The translations under genes and the position numbers were made by a program. Under the pieces are notes generated by a model, which worked only from the letters and a program-made list of their open reading frames with translations, had not been told where the DNA came from and made no database searches. DNA of 64,000 nucleotides, taken from Vicinamibacterales bacterium (GTDB lineage Bacteria > Acidobacteriota > Vicinamibacteria > Vicinamibacterales > SCN-69-37). Shown one piece after another: positions 41,226-50,363 of this stretch. Where the stretch lies: the NCBI GenBank assembly GCA_041394725.1, contig JAWKHR010000033.1:5836-69835 (forward strand), in the 5' to 3' direction. Position 1 is the stretch's first letter. Each line of letters starts with the position of its first letter.

Positions 41226-42675
41226 TCACATGCCGCCGAGGCGCGCGGCCAGTCGCTCCGTCACGAGCCGCGGATTCGCCTTGCCGCGGCTCGCCTTCAT
41301 CACCTGCCCCACGAGGAACCCCATCGCGGACGTCTTGCCCGCGCGGTGCTGCTCGACGACGCCGGCGTTGGCCGCGATCACGTCGTCGACGACCGCATCG
41401 ATCGCCGTATCCTCTACCTGCGCCAGGCCCTCGGCGTCGACGATGGCCCGCGGCGTGCCCCGAATTCCACATCGTCTCGAACACCTGCTTCGCGACCGAG
41501 CTGCTGATGACCTGCGTCTCGACAAGGCCGACGAGTTCGGCGATTGCGACCGCATCGATCGGCCAGATCCCGCAGCGAGTCGCCCGCGTCCTTCAGCGCG
41601 CGCGCACCTCGCCCTGGATCGAGGATTGCGCGGCCTTCGCGGGGGCGCCGGCAGCTGACCATCGCCTCGAAATAGTCGGCGCCGCCGTCTGATCAGCCGG
41701 ACCAGCAGGTCGGCGTCGTGCTGCTTCAGCCCGTGCGCGGCGATGAAGCGTGCCTTGCGCGCCTCGGGCAGCTCCGGCAGGTCGCGCGCGACCGCCTCGA
41801 AGTCCACGCCGCGTCCACGACGAGCGGCGGCAGGTCGGGCTCCGGAAAGTAGCGGTAGTCGTGCGCGTCGGCCTTCGAACGCATCGGCGCGGTGCGGCCC
41901 GTGTCGCTGTTCCACAGCCGCGTTTCCTGCTCCACCGCGCCGCCGCCGGCCACGATCGCGATCTGGCGCTCGATCTCGAATTCCAGCGCCTTCTGGAGGT
42001 ACCGGAAGGAATTGACGTTCTTGACCTCGGTCTTGGTGCCGAGCGCGGTCTGGCCGGCGGGCCGCACGGACACGTTGGCGTCGCAGCGCAGGCTGCCCTC
42101 CTCCATGTTGCCGTCGTTGACGCCGAGCGCCACCAGCGTCTCGCGGATGCGCGAGAAGCACTCGGCCGCGTCGGCCGCCGAGCGCAGGTCGGGCTCGGTG
42201 ACGATCTCGATGAGCGGCACGCCGCTGCGGATGCCGGGGATCGAGTAGGTCGCGCGGTCCGGAGTCGGGGAAGCCGTGGTGGAGCGACTTGCCGGCGTCC
42301 TCTTCCATGGCGGATGCGCACGGAAGGAGCCGGACCCGGCCGGCGCCGAGGTCGAGGCCGCCGCCCGTGGCGAGCGGCCGGTCGGCGTCTGGTAGCCAGC
42401 AGGCGGGTCCGGATAAGTAGTTTCTTGCGGGCAGACGACGTGCAATCTCGACGCGGCACCGAAGGCGAGCGCGGCGCGGGCGGCGACGCCACGGCACGCC
42501 GGTTGAGGACGGGCAGCCCCCGGAAGCCCCAGGCAGACCGAGGCACACGTGGAGTGTTCGGCGGCGCGCCAGAACGCCGTCGAACACCCGCAGAAGATCT
42601 TCGTGCGCGTGAGCAGCTGCGCGTGGATCTCGAGCCCCGGTGACGGGCTCGAACGCCGGCGCCGTCGGCCGTCAC
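41226..42675 (-). pseudogene. gatB: Asp-tRNA(Asn)/Glu-tRNA(Gln) amidotransferase subunit B, split over three frames (multiple frameshifts, possibly sequence error)
   Basis: GatB motifs are spread over ORFs 41226..42587, 41726..42445 and 41593..42996: [136 protein letters not shown]. The putative GTG start at 42675 forms GTGA with the pckA stop. Confidence 0.85.
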
Positions 42676-44249
42676 CGGGCCGCCCTGCGCCTTCCCGGGC
42701 CCGCCGCCTTCACGTCGGCCGACGCGGCAAACGCCTTGGTTCTCGGCGAACATCTTCCCGCTGACTTCTGCGCACCTGCGCGTCGTGACCTCCGCCCGTG
42801 TGCGCGGCGTCGGCACCGTCGCCGGCACGTCGGGACAGGGTTGGCACCTCGAGGTTGAAGATCGGGTCGGTGGCGTACGACTTTTCGTCGAGCGCCCGAG
42901 AGGCTTCCGCCCGCCGTGATCATCGCGCGCGTGTGCGCGATCCGCATCCGGAGCCGACGCCATGCGGCCGCCGGTCCAGCCCGTCTTCTGGCGCACGCGG
43001 ACGTTGTGGCACCGCCGTGCGCTCGCCGAGCAGCTTCGCGTAGACGTTCGGATCCCACACCATGAACGGCGCGCCGAAGCACGTGCTGAAGGTCGCCTTC
43101 GGCTCGGTCACGCCGCGCTCGGTCCCGGCCACCTTCGCCGTGTAGCCCGACAGGAAATGGTACATCGCCGCCGCCGGCGAGGCCGCCGCGATCAGCGGCA
43201 GCACCGGTCGCGGTGAGCATCACCACGTTCGACGGGTGCCCGCCCTGCCCGGACGGCACCGCATTGTCGATGAACCGCAGCGGATACGCCCCCCGCGTGT
43301 TCTCGGTCACCGAGTCATCGTCCAGTCGAGCGCGCGCGTCACCAGGTCGCGTCCGCGTTCTCGAGCACGGTGCCGAAGCGCGTGGTGTCGTCGTCCGACC
43401 GGCTTCCTCCGAAGCCGGATCATCTTGGCGTAGCAGCCGCCCTCGAAGTTGGAGCACCCGGCAAGCAGCAGCCGTGCTCGTCGTCGCCGATGAGCTGCCG
43501 CGACAGGTCGCTCGAGAGCGTGGTCTTGCCGGTGCCCATGAGCCGAAGAACAGCGCCACGTCGCCACCCATGGACCCGATGTTCGCCGAACGAGTGCATC
43601 GGCATCGCGTGTCGCGCAGCCTGGCGGTAGTTCATGACGGTGAAAATCGACTTCTTGATCTCGCCCGCGTAGTTCGTCCGCCGATGGCACCCGTAACGCG
43701 CAGGAAGTTGAGGAGGATGAACACCTCCGAATTGGTGTGCTCGGCCGCCGGGTTCGCATGGAAGCTCGGCACGTCGATGACGGTGAACTGCGGCTCGTGC
43801 GCCGCCTGCTTCACCGGGTCGGTCTCGGGAATGAAGAGGTGATGCGAGAACAGACTGTGCCAGGCGCGCTCGGTCACCACGCGCACCGGCAGCCGGAAGT
43901 CCGGGTCGGCCCCCGCCCAGCAGTCCTGGACGAAGAGATCGCGGCCCCGCAGGTGCGCCATCATCCGGCGGTGGATCCGATCGAACGACTCGGCGTCGAT
44001 CGGCCGGTTCACCTTCCCCCAGGCGACGTGCTGCTCGCTGCCCGCTTCCTTGACGATGAACTTGTCGTTGGGCGATCGGCCGGTGTGCTGGCCCGTCCGG
44101 CAGACCAGTGGACCATCGGCGGCGATCATCGCCTCGCGACGCCGCACCGCCTCCTCGTAGAGGGCGGCCACGCTCGGATTCCAGTAGACGTGCGACGCGC
44201 CCTCAATCCCGACCGCTTCCAGCCCGACCTTCCGCTCACCGCCAGCCAT
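42672..44249 (-). pseudogene. pckA: phosphoenolpyruvate carboxykinase (ATP), 5' third intact, remainder split over three frames
   Basis: ORF 43632..44249 is intact ([15 protein letters not shown]). Downstream motifs alternate between frames: [119 protein letters not shown]. Confidence 0.85.
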
Positions 44250-44400
44250 GAATGCTCCTTCACGCGAGAAAACAAACGCCGAATTTTACCAGCTTCGGGC
44301 CGGAGTCGTCACGGCACGACCCCGCGCGGTCGCCGACCAGATCCGTCGGGGTTCGCCATCCGGACTCATCGGACGTCCCCGTTCGTCCGATAGCCCCGGC

Positions 44401-45411
44401 ATGCCCGCCGCCCGACGCCCGCCGCACGCCCGACGACTCGCCCTCGCCGCCGCCCTGGCCTTCGCCGCCGGCTGCGCCTCGGCCCCGCGATCGACGCCCG
44501 GCGCCGGCCCCGTCGTCCCCGACGAGGTCGCGGTGCGGTCCGGCGGCCGCGTCATCCACGTCCCGCTCGAGGACTACGTCCTGGCCTCGGTCCTGTCCGA
44601 GGTCTCGCCGGTCGGCGAATCCGACCAGGTCGTGGCCCGCATCTTCGAGGTCCAGGCCGTGATCGCGCGGACCTACGCCGCCGCGAACCTCGGCCGCCAT
44701 CGTGCCGAGGGCTTCGACCTCTGCGACGGCACCCACTGCCAGCTCTACGACCCGGCGCGGATCCGCACGTCGCGCTTTGCGCCCGAGGCCCGCGCGGCCG
44801 TTGCGCGCACGGCCGGCGAGATCCTGCTCTACGGCCGCCACCCGATCGAGGCGGTCTACCACGCCGACTGCGGAGGACGGACGGCGGCGGCGGCCGACGT
44901 CTGGGGCGGGTCGCTGCCCTACCTGACCGGCCACGCCGACGACGACGTCCAGGTGAGGCACCGGACGTGGCAGGTGCGGGTCTCGGCCGATGCCCTGCGC
45001 ACGGCGCTCAACGCCGACGCCCGGACGCGCATCGGCGCGCACTTGCAGGCCCTCTCGGTGACCAGGGTCGACGGGTCGGGTCGGGCGGCAGCCCTGGAAG
45101 TGGACGGCGACTCGAGCCGGACCGTCAGCGGTGAGGCCTTCCGTTCGATCGTCAACCAGGCCCTGACCGGTCAGGGCCTCATGAGCACGCGCTTCACCCT
45201 GACGGGCGATCCCGGCCGGGGGTACCTCTTCGCGGGCACGGGCTTCGGCCATGGCGTGGGCCTCTGCCAGGTGGGCGCGGCGGCCCGGGCTCGGGCCGGC
45301 CAGTCGGTCCCGGACATCCTGGAGGCCTACTACCCTGGCGCCGCGCTGGTGCGGCCGGCGTCCTCGTCGGGCCACGGCCCCCGTCCGTTTCCGGGTGGTT
45401 CCGGGGGGTAG
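44401..45411 (+). CDS. SpoIID/LytB-domain lipoprotein
   Basis: It lies inside ORF 44248..45411. The ATG is at 44401. It has a lipobox LAFAAGC and the SpoIID motifs YHADCGGRT and FGHGVGLCQ. Confidence 0.8.
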   Translation: MPAARRPPHARRLALAAALAFAAGCASAPRSTPGAGPVVPDEVAVRSGGRVIHVPLEDYVLASVLSEVSPVGESDQVVARIFEVQAVIARTYAAANLGRHRAEGFDLCDGTHCQLYDPARIRTSRFAPEARAAVARTAGEILLYGRHPIEAVYHADCGGRTAAAADVWGGSLPYLTGHADDDVQVRHRTWQVRVSADALRTALNADARTRIGAHLQALSVTRVDGSGRAAALEVDGDSSRTVSGEAFRSIVNQALTGQGLMSTRFTLTGDPGRGYLFAGTGFGHGVGLCQVGAAARARAGQSVPDILEAYYPGAALVRPASSSGHGPRPFPGGSGG

Positions 45412-45478
45412 CCGCGCCAAGGTGCTGCCCACCAGCGGGTTGCCCATTGGTGCCCGGTCCCGGACCGCCGGGCAAAGC

Positions 45479-45487
45479 TGTTACAAT
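45479..45487 (+). promoter_or_regulatory. candidate extended -10 element (TGTTACAAT)
   Basis: This TGn-TACAAT lies 39 nt upstream of the ECF sigma start, in a locally AT-richer intergenic stretch. Confidence 0.3.
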
Positions 45488-45494
45488 CGAGGCC

Positions 45495-45521
45495 GTAAAC
45501 AACTGTCAACTCAAGACGTAA
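45495..45521 (+). promoter_or_regulatory. candidate ECF-type promoter GTAAAC-N16-CGTAA
   Basis: It resembles the AAC-N16/17-CGT architecture of ECF sigma promoters and ends 4 nt before the GTG of the ECF sigma gene. A near-identical motif occurs at 48050-48077. Confidence 0.4.
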
Positions 45522-45525
45522 TCCA

Positions 45526-46200
45526 GTGACAGCAGCCGCGAACCCGCCGACCAGTGGCCGAGAAGCCGACGCCCGCGTGGCGGTCGACGTCAAGGCACTC
45601 CAGGCGGCCGGACGCCAGGATGCCGCGCGGGATCGCTACGCGGAGCTGGTGACGCGGCATCAGCGGCGGGCGTTGCGCATCGCGTTGCACTACCTGCGCG
45701 ACGCCGCGGACGCCGATGAAGCGGTGCAGGACGCGTTCGTGAAGGCGTACCTGCACCTGGGCACGTTTCGGGAGGAGCTGCCCTTCGAGATCTGGTTCAC
45801 GCGCATCCTGATCAACGGATGCCTGGACCGGCTGAAGGGCCGCCGCCGGCGCGAGCGCTGGATGGCTCCTCCGCCCCTCGACCCGAACGGGGTCGAACGG
45901 GACATGGCGGAATATCTGCCGGCTCGGGGGCCAAGCCCGGAAGATCTGGTGCTGGCCGACGAACGGCGAAGGCGGCTGACCACGGCGCTGGCCGAACTGC
46001 CCGAGCGGCAGCGGCTGGTGTTCATGCTCAGCCATTTCGAGGGACGGTCGTCGCGGGAAGTGAGCGCGATGACGGGGCTCAACGAGTCGACCGTCCGGGT
46101 GCATCTGTTTCGGGCCATCCGGCGGCTGCGCGCGATTCTCGCGCCCGGCCGTCCGGCCGAGGCCAAGGCAAGCGGGAGGAGTCATCGTGCGACTCGCTGA
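45526..46200 (+). CDS. ECF-type RNA polymerase sigma factor
   Basis: Region 2 is ADEAVQDAFVKAYLHL. Region 4 is FEGRSSREVSAMTGLNESTVRVHLFRAIRRLR. The exact start is uncertain (GTG at 45526 or a downstream GTG). Confidence 0.85.
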   Translation: MTAAANPPTSGREADARVAVDVKALQAAGRQDAARDRYAELVTRHQRRALRIALHYLRDAADADEAVQDAFVKAYLHLGTFREELPFEIWFTRILINGCLDRLKGRRRRERWMAPPPLDPNGVERDMAEYLPARGPSPEDLVLADERRRRLTTALAELPERQRLVFMLSHFEGRSSREVSAMTGLNESTVRVHLFRAIRRLRAILAPGRPAEAKASGRSHRATR

Positions 46201-46777
46201 TGCGATTCTCCGTCAGGGACACCTGTCCGAGCGCGCACTGACCGACGCGCTGATGACCGGCGAACGGCCGGCACATCTCGACGCCTGCGATCTCTGCAGC
46301 GACCGGGCCGTCGAACTCAGCCGTTGGCTGGACGACGTCCGCGCTCTGGGCATCGACGCGGCCGACCGGGTCTTTCCACCCGAGATGCTGCACGCCCAGC
46401 AGGCGCAGATCATGCGGCGGCTCGAGCAGATCGAGCAGCCCGTGGCGCGGGTCATCGCCTTCCCCGCCGCCCAGCCCATCCAGCCGCCCATCATGGGCCG
46501 GCGCGTGGCACCCGCCTGGCTCGGCGTCGCCGCGGCGGCCGGCCTGATCCTCGGCGTCATCGGCGGCCAGGTCACGGCCCGGCTGGGGGCTCCGGCCTCG
46601 GCACCTGCCGCGGCCGCCGCGACCGTGCCCGATCGCGATCCGGCCGTTCGCCCGACCGGCTACGCCATTTCGCCCGACGACCTGCTCCGCTCGGATCTGT
46701 CCGAGCCGCTCGCCAGCCCGCTCGACACGCTCGACCAGGCCACGCCGCGGCTGGTGGCGGCCAACATCGGCGGATGA
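46187..46777 (+). CDS. zinc-binding (HxxxCxxC) anti-sigma factor, single-pass membrane protein
   Basis: It has the motif HLDACDLC near the N-terminus and a TM helix (WLGVAAAAGLILGVIGG). Its start overlaps the sigma gene end by 14 nt. Confidence 0.65.
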   Translation: MRLADAILRQGHLSERALTDALMTGERPAHLDACDLCSDRAVELSRWLDDVRALGIDAADRVFPPEMLHAQQAQIMRRLEQIEQPVARVIAFPAAQPIQPPIMGRRVAPAWLGVAAAAGLILGVIGGQVTARLGAPASAPAAAAATVPDRDPAVRPTGYAISPDDLLRSDLSEPLASPLDTLDQATPRLVAANIGG

Positions 46778-46845
46778 GCGGAACCGGCTAAGATAGCCGG
46801 ATGGGGTCGTTCCACACCCGCGCCATGGAAGGACGGGCTCGTTAG

Positions 46846-48042
46846 GTGGCGCAGGTGATCTTCCGCAAGGGGCTGGACATGAAGGAGGCCGTGGCCTCCG
46901 AGCTGTCCGCCGCCTACCACAGCCAGATCGTCGATGAGGTCCGGGCCAACGACTACCGGCTCGAGTCGGGACGCCTCACGCTGTTCCTCGCCCGCGAATT
47001 CGGCTTCTGCTACGGCGTGGACCGCGCGGTGGACTACGCCTACCAGACCCGCCGGAAGTTCCCGGACAAGCGGGTGTTCCTGACGGGCGAAATCATCCAC
47101 AACCCCCACGTCAACGACCGGCTCCGGAGCCAGGGCATCCGATTCCTGAGCGATCCGGACGCCAGCTGGGACGACATCCGGCCCGAGGACGTGGTGATTC
47201 TCCCCGCCTTCGGCGTGTCGATTGCCGACATGCTGCGGCTCGAGGGGTACGGCTGCACCCTGGTGGACACGACCTGCGGGTCGGTGCTCAACGTCTGGAA
47301 GAACGTCCGGCGCTACGCGCAGGACGGCTTCACGTCGGTCATCCACGGCAAGGTCCACCACGAGGAGACCCGGGCGACGGCGTCCCAGGCGACCCAGTTC
47401 CCCAACGGTCATTTCCTCATCGTCCGGGACGAGGCCGAGGCGGGCCTGGTCTGCGAGTTCATCCGTCGGGGTGGCGATGGCGCGGCCCTGGCCGCCCATT
47501 TCGGGGAGGCCGTGTCTCCGGGCTTCGACCCGGACCAGCACCTGGGCTACATCGGCTGCGCCAATCAGACGACGATGCTGATGAGCGAGTCCCTGCGCAT
47601 CGGCGACATGCTGAAGGCCGCCATGCGGGACCGTCACGGCGAGGCCTCGCTGGCCGACCGTTTTCGAGCCTTCGACACCATTTGCAGCGCGACCCAGGAG
47701 CGGCAGGACGCGGTCACGGCGCTCCTGGACGAGCGGGCTCTGGACCTGATGGTGGTCATCGGTGGCTATAACTCGTCCAATACCTGCAACTTGGCCAGGA
47801 TCTGCGCCGAGCGGGTTCCGACGTACCACATTGCGGAGCCTGACTGCCTGGTGTCGGCCACCGACATCCGGCACCGGCCCATCGGGCAGCCCTCGACCGC
47901 CGGCGTCCCGGAAACCGTGACGTCGGGCTGGCTGCCCGCGGAGGGCCGCCTGGCGGTGGGCCTGACGGCTGGCGCCTCGACGCCGAACAACCTGGTGGGC
48001 CAGGTGATCGAGCGTCTCCGGGCCCTGGCCCTGAACGCCTAA
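46846..48042 (+). CDS. ispH: 4-hydroxy-3-methylbut-2-enyl diphosphate reductase (long form)
   Basis: The sequence has FGFCYGVDRAV, DTTCGSV, GCANQTT, FDTICSATQERQ and VIGGYNSSNT. The exact start is uncertain. Confidence 0.9.
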   Translation: MAQVIFRKGLDMKEAVASELSAAYHSQIVDEVRANDYRLESGRLTLFLAREFGFCYGVDRAVDYAYQTRRKFPDKRVFLTGEIIHNPHVNDRLRSQGIRFLSDPDASWDDIRPEDVVILPAFGVSIADMLRLEGYGCTLVDTTCGSVLNVWKNVRRYAQDGFTSVIHGKVHHEETRATASQATQFPNGHFLIVRDEAEAGLVCEFIRRGGDGAALAAHFGEAVSPGFDPDQHLGYIGCANQTTMLMSESLRIGDMLKAAMRDRHGEASLADRFRAFDTICSATQERQDAVTALLDERALDLMVVIGGYNSSNTCNLARICAERVPTYHIAEPDCLVSATDIRHRPIGQPSTAGVPETVTSGWLPAEGRLAVGLTAGASTPNNLVGQVIERLRALALNA

Positions 48043-48049
48043 TCCGCAC

Positions 48050-48077
48050 GTAAACAGCGATTTGCGCCACGGCGTAA
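48050..48077 (+). promoter_or_regulatory. candidate ECF-type promoter GTAAAC-N17-CGTAA
   Basis: The half-sites are the same as at 45495-45521. It ends 8 nt before the GTG at 48086 of the Spy-like gene. The TTG at 48062 used by the ORF track lies inside this motif. Confidence 0.4.
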
Positions 48078-48085
48078 CTCTAGGC

Positions 48086-48661
48086 GTGCAACCGAAGGCC
48101 TCCCCCCTGACTCGCAACCTGACCGTCGCCGGATTGGTGCTCGTCCTGACCGCGGCCATTGCGGGCGGGAGCGAGCTCATCGCCCGGAGCCGTCGTGCCG
48201 CCCAGCCGGGCCAGGCGCCAGGTCACGCGCCGGCGGCCGACCAGGCCGGCCGGAGCAACGAGGGCCGGGGCCAGCAGCGGCCCTCGCCGTCGGGACGGAC
48301 GTGGGAGTGGTGGAAGGACGCCGACGTTGCGAAGGAACTGCAGCTGGCGACCGAGGCCGCGAACCGCATCGACCAGATCTACCAGAACCGGAATCGCCAG
48401 ATGCGCCCGCTGGCCGAGAAGTACCTGGCCGAGCGCGACAAGCTGGATCAGATGACGCGCGAGCGCGTGGCGTCCTACGAGGAGTACCAGCTCCAGGTGC
48501 AGAACGTCGAGTCGCTGTATTCGCGGCTGCGCGAGAGCCGGATCGTCATGCTCTACCGGATGTACCAGGTGCTCAGCCAGGAGCAGTATCAGAAATTCCG
48601 TACGTTGCTGGATCGGCGCGGCGGCCGGGGCCGCGGCAGCCGTCCGACTCCGGAACGGTAG
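48086..48661 (+). CDS. periplasmic Spy/CpxP-like protein (LTXXQ-like motif), Gly/Arg tail
   Basis: It is in the frame of ORF 48062..48661. It has a signal/TM segment LTVAGLVLVLTAAIAG, helical repeats, LSQEQYQKF, and ends in RRGGRGRGSRP. Confidence 0.5.
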   Translation: MQPKASPLTRNLTVAGLVLVLTAAIAGGSELIARSRRAAQPGQAPGHAPAADQAGRSNEGRGQQRPSPSGRTWEWWKDADVAKELQLATEAANRIDQIYQNRNRQMRPLAEKYLAERDKLDQMTRERVASYEEYQLQVQNVESLYSRLRESRIVMLYRMYQVLSQEQYQKFRTLLDRRGGRGRGSRPTPER

Positions 48662-48744
48662 ACCGTCCCGTTCGTCAAACGACTTTCAGACCGTGACCGC
48701 GGCCGCCCCCTGCAGCGACCGCCTCGAAGTGGAGTGAGTCCGCA

Positions 48745-50327
48745 ATGACACGAGCAATGCGCAATGGAATGGTGTGGACGACGGCCGTCGCCCTGGCGAC
48801 CACGGCCGCGCTGTCGGCCCAGACGCCGGCCGCGCCGCAGAGCCCGCAAGGCGATCGGTACATCGTCGGGCAGGCCCGTCCGCCGGAAGAGCCCGGGCAC
48901 CCGGTGAAGGACATGACGCTGGACCAGGCCATTCAGGCGGCGCTCGACAACAACGTCGAGCTGCAGGCGGCCCGGCTCAGCCCGCAGGCGCTCGACTACA
49001 CGCTGCAGAGCCTGCGCGCGACGTTCTCGCCGACGATCACGAGCAGCTACAGCTACAGCAACAGCACGCGCACGTCGGAGAGCACGCCTCGACGGCGTGA
49101 GCCGCGTCAACTCGCTCGGCCAGAACTTCAACGGCGGCCTGCGTCAGACACTGCCTTGGTTCGGCAGTTCCTACCAGGTGAGCTTCAACAACAGCCGGTC
49201 GTCGAACAACGCGGTCACGACGCGCATCAACCCGAGCTACAACTCGTCGGTCCGGATGACGTTCGACATGCCGATCCTGGCGGGCTTCAAGGTGGACCAG
49301 ACCCGGAACCGGCTGAAGACGCTGCCGCTGCAGCGCCAGGTCGAGGAGCTGCGGCTGCAGACGACGATCGAGAACACGAAGAACAGCGTGCGGACGGCCT
49401 ATTGGGCGCTCAAGAGCGCGGTCGAGGCCATCGAGATCCAGCGCCGGGCGCTCGCGCTGCGCAGCGGACGCTCGACGACCAGAAGGTGCGCGTCGAGATC
49501 GGCACGCTCGCGCCGGTCGAGACCATCCAGCAGGAAGCGGCGGTCGCCAGTTCCGAGCAGCAGTTGCTCGCCGCCGAGGTCACCTGGCGCAACGCGGATC
49601 TCAACCTGAAGCGCCTGATCATCGGCGACCAGAACGACCCGATGAACCAGGTGATGATCAACCCCGTCGATCAGGCGACCTACGCGCCGCCCTCCGTGGA
49701 CGTGCAGGCGGCGATCCAGGCGGCGATGGCGAGCCGACTCGACCTGACGCAGCAGCGCCGCAACCTCGAGGTCACGCGGATGAACCTCGTGGTCAACCGT
49801 GACGCGCTCGCCGAGCCCGAGCTGTCGGCGGGCTACACGCTGCAGGGCACGGGCGGCACCACGCGCGTCATCCAGGGCGGCCAGTGGCGCAATCCCCGGC
49901 GGCTACCTGACGCGCTGTCGGCGATCGCCGGCCTCGACACGCCGGCGTGGAACCCTCGCTTCAACTTCAGCTACCCGCTCGGGATGCAGCGGCGAAGGCG
50001 AACCTGGCCAGCGCGCAGCTCAGCCTGGAGCAGTCCGAACTGCAGCTCAAGGCGCAGGAGCTCTCGGTCGTCAACGAGGTGACCGATGCCGGCCTGAACG
50101 TCGAGAGCCTCTACAAGCAGCTCCTCGCCGCGCAGAAGACGCGCGAGGCGCAGGAGCGCAACGCCGAGGCCGCGCAGACGCGGCTCGAGGTCGGCATGGC
50201 GACCAACTTCGAGGTCGTCCAGGCGCAGCAGCAGCTCACCAGCTCGCGGCTGAGCGAGCTGCGCGCCGTCATCAACTACATCAACGCCGTGGCCAACTTC
50301 GAGCGCGTGCAGACGGTCGGCCGATAG
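48745..50327 (+). pseudogene. TolC-family outer membrane efflux protein, reading frame broken several times
   Basis: It has a signal peptide and LDQAIQAALDNNVELQAA in ORF 48745..50082. The continuation VSRVNSLGQNFNGGLRQTLPWFG...AIEIQRRALAL lies in ORF 49097..49609. The frame then returns to the first (TLDDQKVRVEIGTLAPVE...). The C-terminus AAKANLASAQLSLEQSELQL...VANFERVQ lies in ORF 49947..50327. Confidence 0.75.
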
Positions 50328-50363
50328 GCGGCATCGCGACGAACGGAAGGTCGGGAATCGCTC

